Shown: one piece after another, positions 1-13,217 of the stretch
How positions within the stretch are numbered: position 1 is the first letter of the stretch
Layout of the letters: every line of letters begins with the position of its first letter
From: Callorhinchus milii
Lineage: Eukaryota
Assembly: GCF_018977255.1 (NCBI RefSeq)
Contig: NW_024704743.1
Coordinates: 30,196,001 to 30,260,000, forward strand
DNA length: 64,000 nucleotides
Direction of reading: 5' to 3'
Position numbers and translations under genes: made by a program
The notes under the pieces: model-generated
Told to the model about the DNA's origin: nothing
The model's database searches: none
The model's input: only the letters and a program-made list of their open reading frames with translations

Positions 1-173
1 CAATCCCTCCCTGCTTCCCCTCTTTTATATCATGACTGAAGACCTTCCTCTTCAACCGTGCTTACGGTTACCTTCTCCCTCCCCCAGTTCAGGGTCAGCT
101 TTCACTACTGTTAAGCTCTCCAAGGAGCTGCCCTGCATGACAAGTGCTATATAAATGCAAGTTGTTGTTGTTG
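1..173 (+). mobile_element. L2 LINE 3' end
   Basis: ACCTTCCTCTTCAACCGTGC followed by GTGCTATATAAATGCAAG(TTG)n tail, matching the other L2 3' ends in the window. Confidence 0.8.
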
Positions 174-979
174 AAGGAAGTGACCATTCTCATAAGTTAA
201 TCATAGGAACCTAGTTGGCTCTGTGTTTGCTTCTGTGTATGCTGAATCTCTTGTAAACTTGCTGGCATTTTCACACATGTCGCCCCTGCTTTGCAGCGAG
301 TAGGTTGGCTCAGGACATCCCCACGTCAGTGCCAACATCAAGTGAATAAACGCAGCTGCAAATATCTCATTTAGCTTTGGCTAACCCTGCCAGAAACATA
401 CTTTATAGCATTGCTGTAGGAGTTGGACTGGGTATTAATTGGAAAACACAGAGGTGAATATTGTGATCCGTAATATAGTAATTATTACCAGGGATAATTA
501 TCACATCACTGATAAGCATTGTCATCGAGGCCAATTGAAAGTAGAAAACAATTGATTGCTGTGGATGAGACCTTTCTCCTAGTAGCTGTGCCCAAAGCTG
601 TCTGTACCCTCTGATTATTTTGAGATCTTGGGAACCTGCACTCCAGCAACAACAACAAATTACATGTGTATAGCACATTTCACGTCAGCAGGATGTCCCA
701 AGGCGCTGGGAATGCTGGGAATGCTCAGATCATTCTAATGTTGTGATCAATGTGCATGTGCTGAGTGGTGGGAGAGGGGGTCACAACCATGGCTAGTGTT
801 TGGTTATCGACTGGCTTCATTCACTGCTTTATCAATGATGTGATAATCATCATTGGTCATAATTAACAAATCACATGCTGCAATTTTCATTGTACAGTTT
901 TTTGAGTGTAAGTCAGTTCCCAATTGCTGCTGATTTTAGTTGTGTGGTGGTGAGAACACTCACATTGATCTCAATGCCC

Positions 980-1165
980 TGGAAAAATCGGTCAGGTTTC
1001 CCACTCCTGAATGCTATCTAGCGTTTCCTGATGGAACACACTCCTGTATGGAAGAGGAATGAGTCCTGACTGTAATTTCTTCCCCTTTCTCCTGGTCACT
1101 CTGCTGCACTTCCTGTTTAGGTTTACATAAACAATAGCCACTTGGGCAAGGTACCAGTGGGACCC
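980..1165 (+). mobile_element. Old SINE fragment, AmnSINE2-like
   Basis: AAAAATCGGTCAGGTTTCCCACTCCTGA...AATAGCCACTTGGGCAAGGTACC resembles the copies at 38190 and 52090; family name from recall. Confidence 0.5.
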
Positions 1166-1169
1166 GCAA

Positions 1170-1870
1170 TCATGCTTTCATCATGTCCAGGCTTGACTTT
1201 GCCAATGCCCTGTTCACTGAATCACCAGGTCTTTTCTATGCATGCTGCAGATGATCTAGAACTCTGCAGCCATGTCCTCTCCCGCACCAGTCTCCGTAAG
1301 CTTATCACCCCCATCCTCGCTCAGCTCCAATCGCTCCCCATTCCTCAATGGATCGAATTCAAGTTCCTTGTTCTTACTTTTAAATCCCTCCAGGGTCTCA
1401 CCCCCTCTGAGACTTCCTACAGATGCAAAAGCACTGTTGCTTTTGCTTGGTGAACACTGGCCTGCTTATCACCCATTGGTGGGTGAGCTTTCATTCCATC
1501 TGTCCCAACTCTCTGGAATGCTATCCTGAGCCCCTTTGACTTGCACCCTCCCTTTCCTCCAAAAAAAAGCAACAATAAAACAATAATAAATTGATCATTT
1601 TCAATCCACGACTGTTTGTGGGACATTGCTGTGCACAATTGGCTGCCGCGTTTCGCCCACAAATATACAGTCAATTCACTTTACAGCATATTCTGTGAAG
1701 CGCTTTGGGACGTCTAGAAGACGTGAAAAGTGCTATGTCAAATGCAAGGCTTATTATTATTATTCAAAGCCTGACTCAACACCTCCTTCTTTGACCATGC
1801 TTTCCATCATCTTTCCCCTCTCCACCGTCCTCAAGCGCTCAAGCTACCCCGCGTGAAGGGCACTATATAA
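1170..1870 (+). mobile_element. Degenerate L2 3' region interrupted by a SINE
   Basis: Peptide ITPILAQLQSLPIPQWIEFKFLVLTFKSLQGL is typical of the L2 ORF2 C-terminus; the 3' UTR resumes at ~1770 after the SINE. Confidence 0.8.
1549..1764 (+). mobile_element. 5'-truncated tRNA-SINE (variant A)
   Basis: GGGACATTGCTGTGCACAATTGGCTGCCGCG core and GCTATGTCAAATGCAAGGC(TTA)n tail. Confidence 0.9.
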
Positions 1871-4261
1871 TAATAATAATCCTTGCATTTGATATAGCAC
1901 TTTATCATGTCTTTGAGAAGTCTCAAAATACAAGTTACTGTTGTTGTGTTCAGCTCGCACCCCAAGCCAGCTGTGTGAAGTGCTTTGAGATGTCCTCCCA
2001 ATGTATAAGGTGCTCTATAAATGCAAATCATATTGTATTAGTATGTTATGATCAGAACTGAGAGACTCTGCTATACCTGCTCCAATCTCCATTCATAACA
2101 TTCAGGATCAGGTCCCACTTCAGATGTATGTAATTCTCCTGTAAGAACTCTAGTTCAATTTCAAACCATCAAAATCACCTGAAGACAGATTAGGCTCACT
2201 TCTAAATGGATAAGAAAATAAATCTTTCAGCTAAAAGTTGTTATCCAGCACTGTGCTCCTAAATTACTCACACAGATGGTTTAACTCAGTACAATGGGTA
2301 CCTGCCTATTCTGTTGTATGTATAGAGTTAACCCCCTTCCCCTCTTCTGAAAACATTGGCACAACTTGCAGAGCAGGTGTGCTCTAAAGGCCAGTGAATA
2401 CATTCAATGCAAACAGCACAAGCGGAGAATCTCTGATAGAGCATCGGCTGCAGTGGAAATGTTTGCTGCTCAAAGAAGCTGACTATTTTGGCTGAATGAC
2501 GGATACATCAGTGCGTCTCACAGCAGGTGTGAGGAAACATTTAAACAGCAGTTAAACAGAGGATTGTAACCGACATCCATTTCACAGGGCTAAATATTTG
2601 GGTAACAGCAAGGCAGATGTTCTCGGACTGGATTCAGAAAACCATCTAATATTATTGTCAGATCTGACAGGTGAAAGTGTGGTAATTTCCTGCACTACTC
2701 TTTGTCTTGGTTGCAATAGCCAAGTGTAAGCAGATGCCCTGAAAATAACAAGCTCTCAACAATTGCCAATTCATTGGTCAGTTTCACAGAGTACTGTAAA
2801 CAAGGCAACACATTGATAAGTGAGGCCACTTTGTTTCACATCAAAGGCAGCAAAGACGAGAAGTGGTTTGAAGCAGTTGCTTGAATACTGGTAGCCATGG
2901 CATTGTGGGCACCAGGGTGGCATTGAACAGATTGCGTCCGCCTTTATAATTACAGAGCCCCATGCTGGCGAGACTACTCCAGGCTGAAAAGACTAATATT
3001 TGGTCCTTCAAAGAACGTGATGGAGCAAATGAGACTGGTGCAGGAAGCCTTTGGTTGCACCTGCTCCCAGCACTCAAATTCCGGTACCAATGGGAGTTGA
3101 TGGGCCTCTTCTGTTTGGCTTCATCATTACGGACACCTGCCTCAGTTCTCCACGCACCAACCCCTCCACCGATAAGGAGAACAGAAACTGTACATTTCCA
3201 TCAGGCTATTACATTGGTAAATAAATGCGAGAGAGATCTGAGTAATCTGATTAAACAGCAATCTGTTCACAATGTTAGCATATTGGTACAAATATGCTAT
3301 CGATGATGGAGGGAATAATGCTTAAATCAGTGTGTTGAAAAAGCACTCCTCAGGTAAGTACTGGTGCCTCACTGGCAGAAAAAAGTGCTTTGCAATTTCC
3401 TGCATGAAATCTCGGATTGAAACCGAACTGAGGTCTCATGAGTCGGAGTGATGAAAAAGCACTTTACATCTTGAGAGGTTTTTTCCAACAGTCAGGCATC
3501 AGTAACATGCCACTATCCTGAGGAGCACCTGTTCAAGTAAACATCTCGAGAGAGATTTTGCCTCAACCTGATTCAGAAGATCACAAGACTAGTCTGGATG
3601 AAGAACGCCCTTCAACCTATCCAACCTAACTTTTCCAAAACACCCCCCACCCTTCACTGCATTAAACTGTTTTTAAATGAGTCCAGTGTCCCGGCCTCCA
3701 AACCCTGCCAGTCATTAATTACCCTACCACTCCACCAATCGTACTTCACCATTGGGTTAGATAGCTCTGCTCCCCACAGAAGTTGAGAAGCACAAAATCT
3801 ATAAATATACTGTTGAATATGTCTTACGGTTCAAATAGAAATATGATAATAATAATCCTTGCATTTGCATTGATATAGCTCCTTATCATGTCATCGAGAT
3901 GTTTCAAAGCGCTTCATAGGACATACTGTGAAGTGGATTGACTGTGAGTTGTGTGGGAGGACCTATATGACACAAAGTGACAGGGACAACAACAACTTGT
4001 ATTTATATAGCTCCCCTCACGCAAGGCAGGGTCTCAGAGTGCTTAAAGAAAGAGTTCATTCAGCCTGTTCTGCCATTTTCTTGGGTCATGGCTGATTTGT
4101 CACTCACTTGCCCGCCACTTCTTTATTCCCCATGATACCTTTACTAGTATTTATCTAGTTCTCCTTAAACATGCCACAGGACCACTACTTTTTACAAAAA
4201 ATTCTAGTGAATGTTGGCAGAAAAATCAGTGAATCACCAAGTTCATCTCTACTTTTACTGT

Positions 4262-4540
4262 AATGATAATAATAATCTTTACCATTGATATTTCATATCA
4301 GGAAGACATCTCAAAGTGTTTCACAGAATATAATACAGGAGCCAATTTGTGCACAGCAACAAATACCTTAAAGGTCCATCTGAACAGTCTGATGGGGCCT
4401 CGGTTTAACGTCTCAACCAAAGGACCACCCTTCCAACAATACAGCACACTCCAGCACTGCACTGAAGTATCATCTTAGACCATATAAGTTCCAAGTATTG
4501 AACTGGGAATTGAACTCAGAGGCAGACTGACACATACTGG
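4262..4540 (-). mobile_element. DeuSINE (SacSINE1/AmnSINE1-like, variant C), internally deleted
   Basis: Reverse complement contains GTTGAGACGTTAAACCGAGGCCCCATCAGACTGTTCAGATGGAC and a (TTA)n tail. Confidence 0.75.
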
Positions 4541-6165
4541 CTGGTCTCCAGCACTTGCTGGAGGTGAAACATGGTGCATTACTCAGAGTGCCATTGCTCA
4601 TTTACAAAGGGATGATTCACAGATAACTGTACCCCCAAGTCTGAGTCTTCATCATTCAACTGAGGTCAGCAGATCAACTCCAAATCTGCAGTCCCCTCAT
4701 TGTACATGTCCGTCTACACGTATGTGAAAGTAATCATCCATTATTTTTTGAAATTAATCTCTTAGTTCTACTTTCTATTACACATAATAATAACCTATTG
4801 GTACCTATTTGGATGGTCTTTTTCTTTGATTTATTAAACCAGTTTATCTCTCAGATATATGCATAGTCGACGCTTACCTCTGATAAAACAAGAGATTACT
4901 ATCTTTTTTCCCCTCTCCTCATGATTTCAGCCACCTTCGGCTATACAATGTTCAATGAATGGATGGACTGATGAGTTTTTTTCTCTCTTTTCATCTTGCC
5001 TTGGACACTATCAGCAGAAGACGGCTGCATACTGCAATGCAACAAAAGCTCACTCGGAATTGTTCCCTTCTCTCTGTGAACCTGTGGTGACCTGAATTCC
5101 ACCTGCAAAGCATAAAACCGTATGAGACTGGACAGCTGGCGAATAATAAAGTTCTTATTTGTTTTGCTATGAAGCAGCTGTACTTGAACAGATGACCAGA
5201 GGCTGTTTAATCAAAGTGTGAATAGCTGAATTACTAGATTGCTTGGGCTCTCCAGATAGCCTTGAAAATGCTGCGTGTGTTTTTTTAATTCTGTTTGATT
5301 AACATCTCACAAAGGCTGCAGAGTACACATAATTGGTGAGTTATTTTCTCATTAATATTTAAAGCACTTTTGAAATCCGCCATCTGGATTAATCGAGACA
5401 ACTGTAAGACGTACACTTTATGATTTCTGTGGGTCTCTTACTGTGCTTTAACAAAAAGCAGAATTAAAGGGAGGTTAATTGGGTATTGTGCTTTGTATCC
5501 CTGCCGCTCTCTAATGGCTTGTAAAGTCACTGGTACTTGGAGTGTGGACATTGTTTGACAAAACAATACGATAGAAGGGAAAGGAAAGATTGTAGAAGAC
5601 TGAAAATTAGCAAGGGACCATAAGTGCAAAATTACATTTATAATTTTAAAGAGGTAAATATCTTCTTGAAAACATTTCCTTGAATCTGATGCATGAAGAG
5701 AGTGAAATTCTGGAATAGCTGAGTATCATGGCTACATCATTCACTTGAAAGTTTTGAGTACATGCTGTAATTTACGATGTCTTTACGCTGTAAACAGACA
5801 AAAGAGTGTCCAAAGCAAATTTATTAATGAAAACAACATTGGTTTATAAATGAAATGCAATACTCCAAAGTAGTATATACTCCACCCACCTCCAAGGAGA
5901 CCCTGCTGTGTGAGGAGATGCATGGGAGAGTGCCGGATTCTCCAACATCACTGGAGGGTGGAGTGGAGGGGAGAACAAGGGGAGAGTAAACTGTATTACA
6001 ATTTTCTTATGCACCTCCTGGTGGCAGGTCAGGTCCATCTCCCTATTGGGAGATAGTCTGGCTTCAGGAGGTGAATTGAATGATGGGGAAGGCGGTAACC
6101 TGCAAAAGCAAGAAACAGAGTAATACAAGGCTGTGAGCTGTTATAAAGAGCTATAGACACCAAAT

Positions 6166-6430
6166 AATAGTAATAGTAATAATAATAATCCTTGCATTTG
6201 GTGTAGCGCCTTATCACCTCAAAGCACTTCACAGAATATATTGTAGAGTGAATTGACTGTATATTTGTTGCGAAATGCGGCAGCCAATTGTGCACAGCAG
6301 TGTCCCACAAACAGTCGTGGATTGAATGACCAAATGATTAATAGTATTATTTTTTTTGAGGGATTATTATCCCCGGAAAAGCGATCTGCCAATCGAATAA
6401 CAATTGGGATCCTATTTACTGCTAGGTAAA
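6166..6430 (-). mobile_element. tRNA-SINE variant B, 5'-truncated
   Basis: SINE core plus the B-specific segment CCTAGCAGTAAATAGGATCCCAATTG...GATCGCTTTTCCGGGG. Confidence 0.85.
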
Positions 6431-6467
6431 TACATGCCACCTTTGGAATTCAGTGGAGTCCTCAAAT

Positions 6468-6895
6468 ACAACAACATCAACAACTTGCACTTATACAGCG
6501 CCCTCTACTCAGGGTAGGATCTCAGAGTGCTTAACAGTGGCGGAGCCTGACTCCGAGCCGGGGGGGTGGAGGGAGGTGGCCGTAAGCACGGCGGAACAGG
6601 ATAGTCTTCAGGCGGGACTTGAAAGAGGAGAGAGAGGCATCAAGGTGGAGGGATTGAGGGAAAGCGTTTCAGAGTTTTGGGGCGTAGTGACTGAAAGCAC
6701 GACCTCTGATGGTGGGGTGGAGGGTGCGAGGGACGAACAGGAGGCTGGTGCCAGTTGAGCGTAGATGCCTGGTGGTGGATTGGGGAGTGAGGAGGTCAGA
6801 GAGGTAGGGAGGTGCCAGGGAGTGAATGGATTTGAACACAAGAGTGAGGATCTTGAAGTCGATTCATTCAGTGATGAGGAACTCGTGGAGCCACT
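6468..6895 (-). mobile_element. L2 3' fragment
   Basis: (CAA)n tail with CTTGCACTTATACAGCGCCC on the + strand; body matches the other L2 3' regions. Confidence 0.85.
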
Positions 6896-7114
6896 ATCAT
6901 AAATAAACAAATGTAATAGTGGCTGCTTTGAATGATGTCTTTGGGGATATTTTAACGAACTGAATGATGTCTTTGGGAATATTTATTCACGAACGGAGAA
7001 GCTATTTTATATTTCAATACTTTTTCAACAAGCTGTCCAACTCTTTCCAAAATTTATATTTCATACGTTTCAGTGGTTGTCGTGTAGAGGCAAAGAACGA
7101 CTACTTTCCAAACA

Positions 7115-7255
7115 TAATAATAATAATTCTTGTATTTGATATAACACTTTATCATGTCTTCGAAACATCTCAAAGCGATTCACAGAATACACTGTAAAGT
7201 GAATTGGCTGTGTATTTTGTGGGCGAAACGCGGCAGCCAATTGCGTACTGCGACA
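7115..7255 (-). mobile_element. SINE 3' fragment
   Basis: (TAA)n tail plus GGGCGAAACGCGGCAGCCAATTGCG. Confidence 0.85.
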
Positions 7256-7701
7256 CTTCAGTACAAACATGAAGCCGGGAATTTGTCTCCACTTTTTCAT
7301 ACACAAAATGTTGATGCCTTTGTTTGACTACCAACCGGTAACATTGATCCAATTCATGCGGAATCAACTGCAGCTTTTATAGCAAGGAAACAAATCTTTG
7401 GGCTTCAGAACAAAGTGGTCACACTAACTGAACAATTTCACAAAGAAGCTATCACCATATCATGGGCTGAAACAATATAAGCAGTTTATGAGACAGAAAC
7501 AGAGCAGTGATCTGGAGACACAAAGTAATCTGGAGAGGAATTAATCAAAGAAAATGAAAAAGAGACAAATGTAATATGAAGGGATGAATAATATGACAAT
7601 AATAATAGCTGAACAACAATTTGCACTTATATTGACACCATCTATTTAATAATAATGAAATCTGTTTCAGTGCCTTTCATGTCGGGAGGATGCCTCAAAA
7701 G

Positions 7702-7843
<142 letters not shown>

Positions 7844-7849
7844 GGCTTT

Positions 7850-8405
7850 AGATGGGTTTAGGAAGCAGAGATCCAGGGTGTGAGGTGGAGGGATTTCAGA
7901 AGAGAGTGCAAGGTTGTGAGGGTAAAGTGACTGAAAGTTTCACCACCAATGGTGCACTGAGGTGGAACAGGTGTGGGCATGAGTAAGCCAGGTGGAGTGG
8001 AGGGATTGGCCGAGGATGTAGGATTGCAGGAGGTCACAGAAATAGGGTGAGACAAGGCCATGGAGGCATTTGAAGGCCTGAGGATATTAAAGAAGATCTG
8101 CTTGGGGATAAATTGACATTTATCTGATGCCTTTCATGTCGAGACATCCCAAAGTGCTTAACCAAACTGCCTCGGCACCTGAGCTAGAGGTGGGAGCCAG
8201 ATGGGTAAGAGGGGAAAGATGACCGAAAGTGGAGGTAAGGCTTGAGGTATAGTTCCAGAGAGTGGGGACAGAAAGGCTGAAAGCCTGACTTCTAATGATG
8301 GGAGTATAGTGGCGTTGGGGAATTGAAGCACGCTGGTGCTTGCTGAGCAAAGGGAGTGGCTGGATGAGTAAGGTTTGAGGTGATATGGAGCCTCGTTGAA
8401 GATCT
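7850..8405 (-). mobile_element. Two degenerate L2 3' fragments
   Basis: AGGCCATGGAGGCATTTGAAG; tail ATGCCTTTCATGTCGAGACATCCCAAAGTGC; TTCCAGAGAGTGGGGACAGAAAGGCTGAAAGC. Confidence 0.65.
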
Positions 8406-8415
8406 CAATGGCATT

Positions 8416-8605
8416 ATAGAATCATAGAATCTAACAGCACAGGAGGAGGCCATTCAGCCCATTGTGTCTTTTTGAAAGAACTATCCAATTAGTCTCACTC
8501 GCCCGCTCTTTCTCCATAGCCTTGCAAATTTTTTCTTTTCAAGTAAATATCCAATTCCCATTTGAAAGTTATTGTTGAACCTGCTTCCAGCACACTTTCA
8601 GGCTC
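8416..8605 (-). mobile_element. CR1 LINE 3' end
   Basis: ATAGAATCATAGAATC...GGAGGCCATTCAGCCC is a typical CR1 3' terminus on the minus strand. Confidence 0.75.
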
Positions 8606-8894
8606 TTGGCCTGAATTTACACGCTATAAATGTACATTTGTATTGTTGTATTTTATCTTCCCTCCGACTGAGGTAAATGAATGAGTGAGAAATTGTGGAA
8701 AGGTTGCAGTCCAGGTATGAAGAAAGGAAAAGATGAAATCTGTCTTATTCTCCAGTTAATACTTCATGGAGCTAAGGGAAAGTCATTCGTACCTGACTGT
8801 CAAGAATGAGATATATTTTTAAAAACTAAAGGGATTAAGGGATATGGGGATAGGGCAGGTAAATGGAATTAGGTTAGAAGATCAGCCATGACTA

Positions 8895-9825
8895 TAAGAC
8901 CATAACACCATAAGATGTAGGAGCAGGAGTTCTGCCCCTCGAGCCTGCCAGACCATTTAATAAGATCATGGCTGATCTTCTAACTTAATTCCATTTACCT
9001 GCCCTATCCCCATATCCCTTAATCCCTCTATCCTTTAGAAATCTATCAACCTCAGTCTTGAATATGTTCAAGGACTGAGCATCCACAGCCTTCTGGGGTA
9101 GAGAATTCCACAAATTCACTCCCCTCTGAGTGAAGAAATGTTTCCTCAACTCAGTTCAAAAAGGCTGACCCTTAATCTTGAGACTATGACCCCTAGTTAT
9201 AGATTCTCCAATGAGGGGAAACAGTCTCACACTATCTCTCCTGTCAAGACCCTTAAGAATCTTATAGGTTTCTATAAGATCATCTCTAATTCTTCCATAT
9301 TCTAGAGAATTTAGGCCTAGTTTACTCAACCTGTCCTCATAGGTCAACCCCCTCATCCCAGGAAGCAACCTAATGAATCTACGCTGCACCCCCTCTAAGG
9401 CGAGTATGTCCTTTCTTAAATAAGGAGACCAAAACTGCACACAACATTCCAGATGCGGTCTCACCAAGGCCTTATACAACTGCAGCAAGACTTCCCTACT
9501 CTTGTACTCTAACCCTTTTTTTAAACGAATGCCAACATGGCATTAGCCTTCCTAGTTGCTTGCTGTAACTGCATACTAACTTTTCGTGACTGGTGCGCAA
9601 GGATACCCAAATCCCTCTGAACACTAACACTACCTAGTTTCTCCCCCTCTAGAAAATAATCCGCTTTTCTATTTTTACTACCTAGGTGAATAACTTCACA
9701 CTCCCCCACATTATACTCCATCTGCCACCTTCTTGTCCACTCACCTAGTCTGTCTATTTTCCTTTGTATTCTTCTTGTGTCATTCTCACAGCTTACTCTC
9801 CCACCTAGCTTCGCATGGTCCGCGA
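8895..9825 (-). mobile_element. CR1 LINE, 5'-truncated, ORF2 C-terminus with frameshifts
   Basis: Peptides LYKALVRPHLECCVQFWSPYLRKDILALEGVQRRF and MEYNVGECEVIHLGSKNRKADYFL are CR1 RT C-terminal motifs. Confidence 0.93.
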
Positions 9826-10159
9826 CCGACTATCCTGGTAATTTTTTTCTCTTCCACTGCAGAAGCCATAGAATATTCTTCAGCTCACAATATAGTATAG
9901 ACGTGTGATTCCATTTGGACTGCATGCATCATTGCATGACATATTCCAAGAACAAGCTCAACATTTTTATTACTATGAATCTATCCCATGGTCATAATGA
10001 ACAGCCCAGTGAGTTTTATGATGGCGTAGTGAGCTTCATGCTGATCAAACCTTATGCTTTAATGGCTGCTGTCTATTTGGTCATAAAAGGTGCCACCATA
10101 TCTACTATGTCCATAGAAAAGTCTTCGTGAACTGAACAAAATAAATAGCAACACTAAAA

Positions 10160-10575
10160 CAATAGCAATTCACATTTATATTGCACCTTTCATGTCAAGA
10201 GAATGTGTCAAAGTGCTTTGCACAATTGACTGATCAACCTGGCGTGGGGGAAGGTGGGTCGGTGTTGCGGGGGGGGGGGGTCTGAGTGGGGGTGGGCTGA
10301 GATGGAGGGGACAGATGAGAGCACAATCTTATGGTGGGTTTTGAAGGTAGGAGGGAGGGGATGAGATGGGGAATTCCAGAGAGAGGGAGCAGAATGGCTG
10401 AAAGCTTGTCCATCGATGGGGTGGATTGGCTATGGAACATGAAGTAGGCTGGTGTTTGCTGAGTGGAGGCAGCAGCTAGGGCAGTACGGTTGTCGAAGGT
10501 CACAGAGGTTACACAGGAAGGATTTGAATGTGAGCATGAGAGAATTCAATCCTCTGGGGAATGGCAATCCCAAGG
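10160..10575 (-). mobile_element. L2 3' fragment
   Basis: Tail ATTTATATTGCACCTTTCATGTC and body GGAATTCCAGAGAGAGGGAGCAGAATGGCTGAAAGC. Confidence 0.75.
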
Positions 10576-11029
10576 TTGAGGCCGTCGACACTAAAGAGTT
10601 GAGAGAAAACCCAGTTAATAAGAGCCCAGATGTAGTGTTTGGAGGGATTGAACAAGACAAGGATCTACACCAGCTTTGAGATGGAGTGAACATTTACCAC
10701 TTACCACTCAGTTGGGTAAATTGGTTCAGCTGTTGCCACTGTATACGTTAAAACACACACACTGTGGTAACTTCAATTTGTCAGTGCAATGGAAACTCTG
10801 CATAAGCCCAATGCTTCATACCAGGTTTACTCAGCATCAGTTGATCAGTCCAAGGCCTCATACCAGGGGCTGGGGCAAATCGAAGTACTCACCTGGACGT
10901 CCAAGATGGGAGGGGAAGCATCATTTATAACTTCACTATTGTGTCACTGTCAGAGACACAGGAACAATATGACATAACTCTCCCAAGGAGTCCTAGGCTC
11001 AAGCTCCTATGGGACTCAACCTGGTAATC

Positions 11030-11320
11030 TCGGCTGACACTCCAGTGCAGCACTAGAGGAGTGTACATTGTCAACCATGCTGTCTTTAGGATGAAATGTT
11101 AAAGATCCCATGACACTATTCAAAAATAAAAAGAGAGATTATCCCTGTGTCCTGGCCAACAATCCTCCAGATCAATCGATCATTCACCTAATGGCTGCTT
11201 TGTAGGACATTACTTTTGCAAACGGCTGCCTGCAAAAATAGTCACCATAATTGACAGCAATTATCTGTGAAGCGCTGTGAAATGTTTCAACATGAAAAAG
11301 ACACTATTACTTTCCAAGTT
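11030..11320 (+). mobile_element. DeuSINE variant C, degenerate
   Basis: GGCTGACACTCCAGTGCAGCACT...AAAGATCCCATGACACTATTC...GTGTCCTGGCCAAC. Confidence 0.75.
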
Positions 11321-13217
11321 CTTTCTTCTATGATTCATGATAATGGATTCCCTGAGGGTTAGACTTTATTATTGAAATCAATGGAGAAGGAAACATTTTG
11401 GGATTCTAATATTAACTGAGTCAGTCACTGAGAAATGCAGCCAATTCCCTCCTCTGAATGAGATAGTGGCTGGTAAATACTATACTTGGATTTGTGCTTA
11501 GACTAGTTTCATACCACTACCCAAGGCAACCTATTTATGTGGAATGACACTTTGAACCTTTGAACCTATTTGCTCTAGACTTTGCATTCAGCCTCAGGGT
11601 AGAGATTGTAAATTTAGTGCTGTAATGAGTTAGGTTTGTACAGGTTATTTTGAAAACCTATATTTGCACCAACACTCAGATAGAATAATAATACAAATGC
11701 ATTCAGTGCTGGCATGACTCCAAAGGGTGTTTAAAATGCTATAACATTGTAATAGAAAACAGTAGGAATATGTACAACACTGGGTGGAATATCTGACCTA
11801 ATCGCTGCTTGCTTTAATTAGAATTGGCCAAAGTTTTTCCTCAAATACATGCCCTCTAGTTGCAACAGCTGAGCCAATTTTCACCTGGTCGTCACTGAAA
11901 GAATAACACTTTTATCATTTTGTTCTTTCTACTGCTTGTGTATGTGAGAAAAAGTCATTGAAACTATAATAATTTCTATAAGTACCATTCATGTGCAACA
12001 CAAATATACTGTCAAAGCTGGCAATATCTACTTAACCCAAACTTCCATCCTACTTGATCTTCGTCTTGCCTCCATCTTGCCTTTATTGAACCCCAAATTC
12101 ATCGCAATGTCTCCTACACAAGACTGTGGAACGTCTTTATGCCCCAGACTTTCCTTCCTCCTACAACCTAGAGCTTTTTAAAAACCAAGTTGTGCTTTAA
12201 TTAACTACTCCTTAACTTATAACCTAACCTCTTCCACCTTGACCATGTTTGTTCACTAAATGAGCATTGGCCCTTTACCATGTTTTTTCAATAAAACAAT
12301 CTTCCAAGAAAGGAACATCAGATTATCTTATGATTTTGAAGGATAATATCGCATTCACCCACACTCGTTGAAAGCCTTTATTAAGCTTTAATGCTAAATA
12401 TGTCTGTATATCTCCCCTGCAATTCTGGTCGATTATTCACATTACTTAAGAACAAGAACAGAACAGGCCATCCATTCTATCAAGCCTGTTCTATTAATTT
12501 GTTAGATCTTTTAATCTAATTTTCCTATATTTCCCAAATGTACTATTTAATTCCCTTACTTTCTAAGTATCTACCTTCATTTTAAACAATTGATTATGTC
12601 TCTATGGCCTTTAAAACACAGTTTATTCCATATATTCACAACTTTATGGATGAAGAAATATCTTGGGAGAAATAAAGATGTGCCTCTACCATTAACTCAC
12701 TGTACAGCAAGATAGCTCATTGAACAATAGGTTGGACCTGGCTCTGAGCACAATAAGAACAGGTTAGTTCAGATACCATGTAGCTAAGTATCTGTACTGA
12801 AGATGGTGTATGTCTTCCCATTGAATACTAATGGGCACTAATTTAAGCTTTTCTCTCACTGCAAATCTAAATGCAGGTTTCACTAGTTTCATTGCAAAAT
12901 GGACCAATTTAAAAAAGGTTGAAAGCATAACAACAAAGTGGACAATATTTTGACTGATATTAACCAGAATTAATATTACTGCCAGATATTTTGAAACTCA
13001 TTCAATGTGATAATTCCCTATCAAACCTGCTATAAAACATCAATTGTTTTCCTCTGTTCCTACAGTCTGGCTGTAGGTATGAACCCTCCCCTATCCTTCC
13101 TCACTTCTCCCCCACAACTGGGAGTTTGGCTCATTGATTTGCATCCAAAGCCGGTTCCAAGGTCTAAAGGCCACCTGGAGGCAGCGTATTTGTATCTTAC
13201 ATTTGTTTGTAGCAGAA

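Noticed and set aside
3448..3521. C/D-box snoRNA-like GTGATGA...CTGA spacing
   Set aside because: No terminal stem and no recognisable rRNA guide; it lies within a fold-back relic.
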